From an uncultured bacterium (GTDB taxonomy: Bacteria > GCA-001730085): a stretch of 32,000 nucleotides of DNA. The notes under the pieces were generated by a model, which was given only the letters and a program-made list of their open reading frames with translations, was not told where the DNA came from and did not search any database. The DNA lies in assembly GCA_964565945.1 (NCBI GenBank), contig CAZMGY010000029.1, forward strand, positions 1 through 32,000, given 5' to 3'. The translations under genes and the position numbers were made by a program. Shown here in pieces: positions 19,927-26,496 of this stretch (positions are counted from its first letter, which is position 1; each line of letters opens with the position of its first letter).

Positions 19927-20307
19927 AAGAATATTCCTTTATGAGTCCGTGGAAACAGTTTTCGAAGTGAATAAAATATCTTCGCAATACTGTGAATTTT
20001 CATGCACAGGGCTGAGTGAAACTACCAAGAACAATTGATCAAAAGTTATTATCATTTTGTTCTTCGGATCGGCTTGATTGTATGTTTGAATCAAAACATG
20101 CAAAGCTTGATAACCTTTTTCGTCTAATAAAAAGCTGTGGGAATCTTCCTAGCTAACTACACAGGATCCCAACTTGGCGCCAAAATCACAAATGAATAAG
20201 GCAAAACAAATGCCATCATATATATGATAACATATTCAAATACTCTTCCCAGAGTTCTTACAATTTTTAAGGAGAAATGACACCAGACCCTATGCTACAA
20301 TTGGCAC

Positions 20308-20910
20308 ATGCAAGTATTCGTTTTGGGAGCTATTTTTAGTTTTTTGTGTGGAGCGATTCCAACCAGTTATTTGATTGGCCGTTGGGTGGGACGGTTTGAT
20401 ATCCGCACTAAAGGTAGTGGCAACGTAGGCGCTACCAATGTGAATCGCACCCTTGGAGCTAAATGGGGTCTGTTTGTCTTACTTTTTGACGCCCTCAAAG
20501 GAGTTGTCGCCGTCCTTCTGCTCAGCCGATTATGTACACAAAACGAAATCCCCTTATTAGTGCAACAAACACTCTATGGAGGAATAGCCGTTATGGGACA
20601 TATTTGGACACCTTTTCTCAAGCTCAAAGGAGGTAAAGGCGTTGCCACTAGCCTAGGCGTGTTTCTCATTCTTGCACCTTTGGCCATGGGCATCAGCGCC
20701 CTTCTTTTTGTGGTGCTCGTCACACTCACGCGTTATATATCCGTCGGATCGGTTCTTGGAGCCATGACCTTGCCTCTTTGGGTTTATCTCTTGAACTATC
20801 CCAAAATTGTCTTTATTGTTAGTGCCATCATAGCCGCCATCGTGGTTCGCAAGCACAAAGACAATCTACGTCGCTTGACCCTAGGCGAAGAAAACAGGTT
20901 TTCCTTGTAA
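20308..20910 (+). CDS. plsY: Glycerol-3-phosphate acyltransferase PlsY
   Basis: It has the GSGNVGATNV motif, GGKGVAT, and multiple TM helices. Length is 200 aa. An in-frame stop at 20278 leaves ATG 20308 as the only start. Confidence 0.9.
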   Translation: MQVFVLGAIFSFLCGAIPTSYLIGRWVGRFDIRTKGSGNVGATNVNRTLGAKWGLFVLLFDALKGVVAVLLLSRLCTQNEIPLLVQQTLYGGIAVMGHIWTPFLKLKGGKGVATSLGVFLILAPLAMGISALLFVVLVTLTRYISVGSVLGAMTLPLWVYLLNYPKIVFIVSAIIAAIVVRKHKDNLRRLTLGEENRFSL

Positions 20911-21134
20911 GAAATTCATCAAAAAATACAATATTAGAGTTCACTAGAAGCTTAGCACACCATTAAAAGAAGACATCCAAGTTAATTACTCTCCCTTTAT
21001 TCGCTTCCTTACTTATTGCTTTAATAATCACCTGCAAAGCATTTTCTCTGGCCCCTCTATTTCTCCTAGGATAAATGAACGACCAGACCCCAATCGCCCA
21101 AAAGGTCTCTCCAGCAAAGCCACCTAAGCTCGAT

Positions 21135-22286
21135 TTAAGTTAAGGACTCTAGTTTTTTAACCTGACCAGTTCGCAAATAAAAGTCGCGCAACGCCTGCTG
21201 CAAGTCTTGAAAGGTGGGATTAGTGTCGTCAATGATTTTACGAGCTTTGTTCAACGCACGCAACAGATAGACTTCGGCCTTATCTGTTTGATCTTGTTTT
21301 TCAAAAATAAGCCCTAGCTGTTGTGTCACATAAATTTCGTTCACCGATTGTGCTCCAAAAACTTTAGCACCAACGCGCAACGAAACTTCGTAGTAACGCT
21401 CAGCTGCCACATAGTCCTCGCGCAAAAATTCTAGCTCGGCCAAGTTATTATAAAAAATCACGGCTTCTTCCGACATTTCTATATAGGGAACATCGACAAT
21501 CAATTTGAGAGCTTCACGGTAGTAACTTAAGGCTTCCTCGAAATCTCCTCGCTCCATAAAAGCATGGCCGAGGTTATTAAAAATACCCAATTTGGTGCGC
21601 GGATCGTCGGCTTCCTGTAACAAGAGATAAAACTCCTCTTCGGCTTTTTCCACATTCCCCATATCTAAGTGAATCAAGGCCAAATTAAAGCGGGCGCTTC
21701 GCATCTGCTCATGACCAGGAGGAAAGTTTTTTTCGGCCACCATGTAGGCATGTTCGAAAATAGGCACCGCTTTATCAAACAGCTTTTCTTTACGATACGC
21801 CTCGGCCAAGCCATTAAAGTAAGGTAACAAATCCCGATGACCACTCCCCAACTCTTTCTTAAGAAACTCAATGTAATCTTTCGATGCATCGATGACTTGT
21901 CCTAACAGCCCTTGATAGTAATAGACTGAAGCTAACTGCCCAAAAATACGCTGCGTTTGTTTATGGGCAGCACCCCAGCGTTTTAAAGATCTGTTCAACA
22001 CATCTTGATACAAGAGCTGAGCTTCGCTCAAACGGTTTTGGCGATGCAGATTAAGCGCCAGCAAGTACGCCCCCTTAAACATAACATCATCGTTGGCCGC
22101 AAATTCTTTCTGTGCCCACACATAAAGGTTTTGCACATATTTGAGCGATTTTTCAAATTTCTCATTTTGATATAAAGCCTGAGCACGATCAAATCCCTGA
22201 GCCCACTCATCCAAGGAGGCATGCAAGCCTGTAAGACACCCAAAAATACATAAAGATAAAGCCGTACAACGATGTAACCATCTCAT
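21135..22286 (-). CDS. Exported tetratricopeptide-repeat protein (possible lipoprotein)
   Basis: The N-terminus MRWLHRCTALSLCIFGCLTGLHA is a signal peptide with a weak lipobox (IFGC). It is followed by about 8 TPR-like 34-aa units with recurrent A..Y/F...L......A motifs. Confidence 0.72.
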   Translation of the reverse strand: MRWLHRCTALSLCIFGCLTGLHASLDEWAQGFDRAQALYQNEKFEKSLKYVQNLYVWAQKEFAANDDVMFKGAYLLALNLHRQNRLSEAQLLYQDVLNRSLKRWGAAHKQTQRIFGQLASVYYYQGLLGQVIDASKDYIEFLKKELGSGHRDLLPYFNGLAEAYRKEKLFDKAVPIFEHAYMVAEKNFPPGHEQMRSARFNLALIHLDMGNVEKAEEEFYLLLQEADDPRTKLGIFNNLGHAFMERGDFEEALSYYREALKLIVDVPYIEMSEEAVIFYNNLAELEFLREDYVAAERYYEVSLRVGAKVFGAQSVNEIYVTQQLGLIFEKQDQTDKAEVYLLRALNKARKIIDDTNPTFQDLQQALRDFYLRTGQVKKLESLT

Positions 22287-22359
22287 TAGCTATTCCTTCC
22301 TTGCCCTTCTTTTTTCTTGCTTTGTATTGTACTATTAAGGACGCAAGGAGAACAGCAAC

Positions 22360-23358
22360 ATGTCACAACAAGTCACAGTTTGGGGTGCAGGAAGCTGGGG
22401 CACAACACTGGCTCTGGTGCTCACTCAAAAAGGACATTCGATTTGTCTCTGGGACAACGATCCCGAACAAGCTAAACGCCTGAGCAGCACACGAGAAAAC
22501 GAACGATTCCTCAAAGGATACACTTTACCTGAAACCATTGCAATTACAACAGATTTGCAAAAAGCATACACCACAAGTTCGATGCATATTTTAGCCATAC
22601 CTTCGCATGTACTTCGCACTTTCTTGCAACACTTACATCCTTATAAATATAGTGCCAAAACCTGGGTGAGTGTAATTAAAGGCATCGAACAAACAAGCTT
22701 ATTGCGAATGAGCCAAGTGATTGGCGAAGAGCTCGGTTGTAAACACCAGGTAGCCTGTCTCTCGGGGCCAACCCATGCCGAAGAAGTGGCCCAAGGCATC
22801 CCCTCGGCCATTGTCGTGGCATCAACGGACCCGACCTTAAGCCAAGATATCCAACAACTGTTCACCACCGAAACATTTCGCGTCTACACCAATTCCGATA
22901 TCGTGGGCGTCGAAATAGGCGGATCGCTTAAAAACGTGATTGCTCTGGCGACTGGCATTGCTGATGGCCTCGGTCTCGGCGATAACAGCAAGGCGGCTGT
23001 GATGACGCGCGGTCTCGCCGAAATCAGCAAGCTCGGACACGTTTTGGGAGCTAAGCCCCAAACCTTTGCTGGTCTTTCGGGCATGGGTGACCTGATCACA
23101 ACCTGCATTAGTAAGCATAGCCGCAACCGTCATGTGGGTGAACGTATTGGTCGCGGAGAATCCTTGCAAGACATTATCGACTCTATGCATATGGTGGCCG
23201 AAGGTGTTAAAACCACCCAAAGTGCTTTTGACTTGGCTCAAAAACATCTGGTGGATGTTCCGATTATTCAAGAAATGCAACAAGTCCTTTGGGAGAATAA
23301 AAGCCCTCAGCAAGCTATTCATGATCTGCTTCATCGACCCCAAACCAAAGAAATGTAA
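22360..23358 (+). CDS. gpsA: NAD(P)H-dependent glycerol-3-phosphate dehydrogenase
   Basis: VWGAGSWGTTLALVL is the NAD-binding motif. GSLKNVIALATGI and the GDLITTC...SRNR motifs are present. AAGGAG lies 9 nt upstream. Confidence 0.92.
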   Translation: MSQQVTVWGAGSWGTTLALVLTQKGHSICLWDNDPEQAKRLSSTRENERFLKGYTLPETIAITTDLQKAYTTSSMHILAIPSHVLRTFLQHLHPYKYSAKTWVSVIKGIEQTSLLRMSQVIGEELGCKHQVACLSGPTHAEEVAQGIPSAIVVASTDPTLSQDIQQLFTTETFRVYTNSDIVGVEIGGSLKNVIALATGIADGLGLGDNSKAAVMTRGLAEISKLGHVLGAKPQTFAGLSGMGDLITTCISKHSRNRHVGERIGRGESLQDIIDSMHMVAEGVKTTQSAFDLAQKHLVDVPIIQEMQQVLWENKSPQQAIHDLLHRPQTKEM

Positions 23359-23721
23359 GCACAACACCAGAAGAACACCCTATGAAATGGCAACACATCC
23401 TAGCTATCTTATCCCTTATGACACCGACACTCCGTAGCGCTCGCGCCTAGCGGTAACCTTTCCGCCACCACAGTCTCAATTTCTTCCCAGTAAGAAATGC
23501 AATATTTATTTGATCTTCTGGGAGGCAAAACCCTCCGTGTTCAAGATCAACCAACGGCAAACTACGCAAGTTCACCACATAACTTCCAAAAAAACTGGCA
23601 AAAATTCATGCGGTCAGACTGATTTTTGATGCACAAACCTCTTCAATCCAATTACACACTTTGGTGGCGCCCTAGTGGCAACTAAACAATAAGATTTAAC
23701 AAAGACCAAGATTCTTTCTTA

Positions 23722-23730
23722 TGCTATAAT
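23722..23730 (+). promoter_or_regulatory. Candidate extended -10 promoter for tRNA-Pro
   Basis: TGcTATAAT at 23722-23730, 38 nt upstream of the tRNA 5' end. There is no convincing -35 element at 17-nt spacing. Confidence 0.4.
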
Positions 23731-23767
23731 GTCTTCTTGCTTTTCGGGTTCAAAGCACGTTTTTTAT

Positions 23768-23841
23768 CGGGGCGTAGCGCAGTCTGGTAGCGCGCACGGC
23801 TGGGGGTCGTGGTGTCGCAGGTTCAAATCCTGTCGCCCCGA
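23768..23841 (+). tRNA. tRNA-Pro (anticodon GGG)
   Basis: CGGGGCG-TA-GCGC-AGTCTGGTA-GCGC-G-CACGG-CTGGGGG-TCGTG-GTGTC-GCAGG-TTCAAAT-CCTGT-CGCCCCG-A folds as a cloverleaf. It has the C1:G72 pair typical of bacterial tRNA-Pro, anticodon GGG with G37, and a GTTCAAAT T-loop. No CCA is encoded. Confidence 0.9.
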
Positions 23842-23874
23842 TATATTCTTAATTTACGCCTGTCGCTACAAATC

Positions 23875-24036
23875 TTACTCTGCCACCGACGGCTCAATAA
23901 AAGCCACTGCACGACTTTTAAAATCATTCCAAACGGCATGACCCCACGGAGAAGGATGTGTAGGAGGAGTTAAAGCGAGCACGACTCCAGAGTATAAGCA
24001 AACAACGAAGACTTCTAATAAAAGTCGAAATTTCAT
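23875..24036 (-). CDS. Hypothetical small protein (53 aa) with a hydrophobic N-terminus
   Basis: It is below the ORF-track cutoff. The reverse complement from ATG 24036 reads MKFRLLLEVFVVCLYSGVVLALTPPTHPSPWGHAVWNDFKSRAVAFIEPSVAE*. A weak AGGA lies upstream. I recognise no homology. Confidence 0.25.
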   Translation of the reverse strand: MKFRLLLEVFVVCLYSGVVLALTPPTHPSPWGHAVWNDFKSRAVAFIEPSVAE

Positions 24037-24094
24037 AACTTTTATCCTATAATAGATTCGGTTTAATTTAGATATAAAATATTAGAATGCTTAT

Positions 24095-25753
24095 ATGAAA
24101 TTCACATTAGCCCAGATCAATCCCACCATCGGGGATATCCAAGGTAACCTGAACAAAATCCGTCAGGTGGTGTCTCAAGCTCCTCAAGATACGGATCTAA
24201 TCATCTTTCCCGAAATGGCACTCACTGGATATCCTGCCCAAGACCTTCTGGAAAAACCTTGGTTTCGTAAACAAATCGACTCCGCTCAGCAAGAATTGGC
24301 TCAACTTTCACTCACCTATTCTCACTACGGCCTCTTAGTAGGCACACCTCTGCCTTACACCACAAACATCGGGCGGGGCCTCTATAATGCGGCACGTCTA
24401 TTTCACCAAGGCAACTGTGTTTTTGAACAATACAAACAATTTTTGCCCACCTACGATGTTTTTGACGATGCTCGTTATTTTGACAGTGCGGTGTACCAAG
24501 ATATCTTCACATTCAAAGGAGAACTCTTAGGCATCACCATTTGCGAAGACATATGGAACAATGATCATTTTTGGCCAAACCCCTTGTACGCTTTTGATCC
24601 AGTGGATAGCTTAATCAAGCAAGGTGCCACACTTTTGATCAACTTGGCAGCATCTCCTTTTGAGGTGAACAAACCCAGCACTCGTCATCAACTGGTCACC
24701 CAGCACGTGAAAATTCACAAAGTCCCCTTCATTTTGGTCAATCAAGTTGGCGGCAATGACGAACTGATTTTTGATGGTCACAGTTTTGCGGTTAATGCTC
24801 AGGGTCAACTCTTGATCGAGCTCAAAGGGTTCGATCAAGATATCGCCAGTTTTGATCTCCAGCAACACGCGCAAACCCAGTGGACGTATCCCGCCCCTAT
24901 CGCCGATATCGAGCAAGCGCTAGTTTTAGGAATAAAAGATTATTTTGCCAAATGCAAAATGCGTCAAGCCATTTTAGGGCTTTCTGGAGGCATCGACTCT
25001 GCGGTTGTCGCGGCTTTAGCTTGCCAAGCCTTAGAGAGCAATAATGTTTTGGGCATCGCAATGCCCTCTCGCTACTCCTCCCAAGGCAGCATTGATCATT
25101 CTTTGGAATTGGCCCGGAATCTTGGTATGAAATGTAAAATCATTCCCATCGACCCTATCGTTCAAAATTACGAAACTATTTTTGAGACCGCATTTCCCGG
25201 ACAAGCAAAAGACACCACCGAAGAAAATATTCAAGCACGTATTCGAGGTAATATTCTCATGGCTTTCTCGAACAAGGAAGGGCACTTGCTTTTAACCACA
25301 GGGAACAAAAGTGAAGTCGCTGTGGGGTATTGCACACTTTATGGAGATATGTGTGGTGGCTTAGCGGTTATTTCGGACGTGCCCAAAACCATGGTCTACG
25401 ATCTCGCAGAGCAAATCAACAGCTCCCAAGAATTTATTCCTCAAAACATTAGCACCAAAGCTCCATCGGCCGAGCTACGACCCAATCAAAAAGATGAAGA
25501 CTCCTTACCCCCCTACTCAGTATTAGACGCCATTTTAGAAGCCTACTTAGCACAACACAAATCTTACCAAGAGATTGTTAACATGGGCTACGAGCCCAGC
25601 ACTGTTCTTTGGGTTTTACAAACCGTCAATCGCAACGAATACAAGCGCCGTCAAATGCCTCCAGGACTTAAGATAACATCTAAGGCCTTTGGATCAGGTC
25701 GCCGTTTTCCTATTGCGTCCCAGTACAGCATGGAAGAATCTTTCAATCAATGA
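24095..25753 (+). CDS. nadE: Glutamine-dependent NAD+ synthetase
   Basis: It has an N-terminal CN-hydrolase (glutaminase) domain (FPEMALTGY, ICEDIW) fused to the NAD synthetase domain with the PP-loop LGLSGGIDSAVVAAL. Length is 552 aa. Confidence 0.92.
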   Translation: MKFTLAQINPTIGDIQGNLNKIRQVVSQAPQDTDLIIFPEMALTGYPAQDLLEKPWFRKQIDSAQQELAQLSLTYSHYGLLVGTPLPYTTNIGRGLYNAARLFHQGNCVFEQYKQFLPTYDVFDDARYFDSAVYQDIFTFKGELLGITICEDIWNNDHFWPNPLYAFDPVDSLIKQGATLLINLAASPFEVNKPSTRHQLVTQHVKIHKVPFILVNQVGGNDELIFDGHSFAVNAQGQLLIELKGFDQDIASFDLQQHAQTQWTYPAPIADIEQALVLGIKDYFAKCKMRQAILGLSGGIDSAVVAALACQALESNNVLGIAMPSRYSSQGSIDHSLELARNLGMKCKIIPIDPIVQNYETIFETAFPGQAKDTTEENIQARIRGNILMAFSNKEGHLLLTTGNKSEVAVGYCTLYGDMCGGLAVISDVPKTMVYDLAEQINSSQEFIPQNISTKAPSAELRPNQKDEDSLPPYSVLDAILEAYLAQHKSYQEIVNMGYEPSTVLWVLQTVNRNEYKRRQMPPGLKITSKAFGSGRRFPIASQYSMEESFNQ

Positions 25754-25822
25754 TATCCTAGTATCTGGATAATGAAAGAAAATCCTTAAAGTCGCCCCCT
25801 CCCATGGGAGCAGGAAAGTATA

Positions 25823-26425
25823 ATGTTCAATTGTCCTAAATGCGTTGGCATTTTAGAAGAACACGAAATTGAAGAGGTTGATTGCTATGTCTGCAACGTC
25901 TGCCATGGACTATGGCTTGAACCTGGTGACATGGCCAAGCTGTTGCACATCGATAAACTTTGTTGCAATATCAGTGAACTCAATCTAGACGAGTACAATG
26001 AAACCGACACCAAAGCTCATGACAACCTAATCGATAAACTCGCTCTCTGTCCTTTTTGCCCTCAAAAAACACCACTACAAGCCACTCCTTACCCACACAA
26101 AAAACATGTGATTCACTATCCTTGCCCCAAAGGGCATGGTGAATGGCTCGATGGTGGAGAAATTCACAAACTGCGCAGCTCTGTCGTTAAAAAAGGTTTG
26201 ATTATTGCCGTCATTCTAATGGGGCTTCTCTTTGTTTCTTGGATCATCCAATCGTATGTTCAAAACCTACAAGAATTAAAGCAAGAATGCCTGATCAACC
26301 AATACCACGAAAAACATCCCAAACAACATGCCAAACGACATGCCTCGGGCAGGGTGCTTTACCACACCCTGCCCTTTATTCTCGATCCCGACGAAAGTGA
26401 GTCGCACAAACAGACGCATAACTGA
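25823..26425 (+). CDS. Membrane-anchored protein with two TFIIB-type zinc-ribbon-like modules
   Basis: Module 1 is CPKC...x17...CNVCHGLWLEPGDMAKL. Module 2 is CPFC...x21...CPKGHGEWLDGGEIHKL. These are followed by a TM helix GLIIAVILMGLLFVSWII and a His/Lys-rich tail. AGGAAAG is the RBS. Confidence 0.6.
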   Translation: MFNCPKCVGILEEHEIEEVDCYVCNVCHGLWLEPGDMAKLLHIDKLCCNISELNLDEYNETDTKAHDNLIDKLALCPFCPQKTPLQATPYPHKKHVIHYPCPKGHGEWLDGGEIHKLRSSVVKKGLIIAVILMGLLFVSWIIQSYVQNLQELKQECLINQYHEKHPKQHAKRHASGRVLYHTLPFILDPDESESHKQTHN

Positions 26426-26496
26426 GTCATTCTCAATGGTTAAATGCATTATAATCGTTTACAATAAATCCATTGAATAACAGAAAAGGAAATCTT

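Noticed and set aside
20277-20339. A 20-codon upstream ORF (MTPDPMLQLAHASIRFGSYF) overlapping the plsY start, preceded by AAGGAG.
   Set aside because: GGAG ends only 2 nt before the ATG, which is too close for initiation. The AAGGAG is more simply read as distant or unrelated sequence, and there is no basis for a leader-peptide mechanism.
20911-21134. Looked for convergent Rho-independent terminators between plsY and the TPR gene. I also looked after der, gpsA, the porin and tatD.
   Set aside because: I found only 4-5 bp stems without U-tracts, and nothing meeting terminator criteria. No terminator is reported.
23729-23941. A 70-aa ORF covering the tRNA-Pro locus.
   Set aside because: Its middle is the tRNA-Pro(GGG) gene read as protein (RGVAQSGSAHGWGS...). 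The tRNA cloverleaf explains the sequence.
23842-24094. Possible genomic-island integration at the tRNA-Pro 3' end.
   Set aside because: There is no integrase and no direct repeat of the tRNA 3' end. Only about 250 nt separate the tRNA from housekeeping nadE.
25799-25810. A perfect 12-nt palindrome CTCCCATGGGAG just upstream of the zinc-ribbon gene, overlapping its RBS region.
   Set aside because: As RNA it forms only a 4-bp stem with a 4-nt loop and no U-tract, so it is not a terminator. A single short palindrome could be chance. It is worth checking only if copies recur elsewhere.
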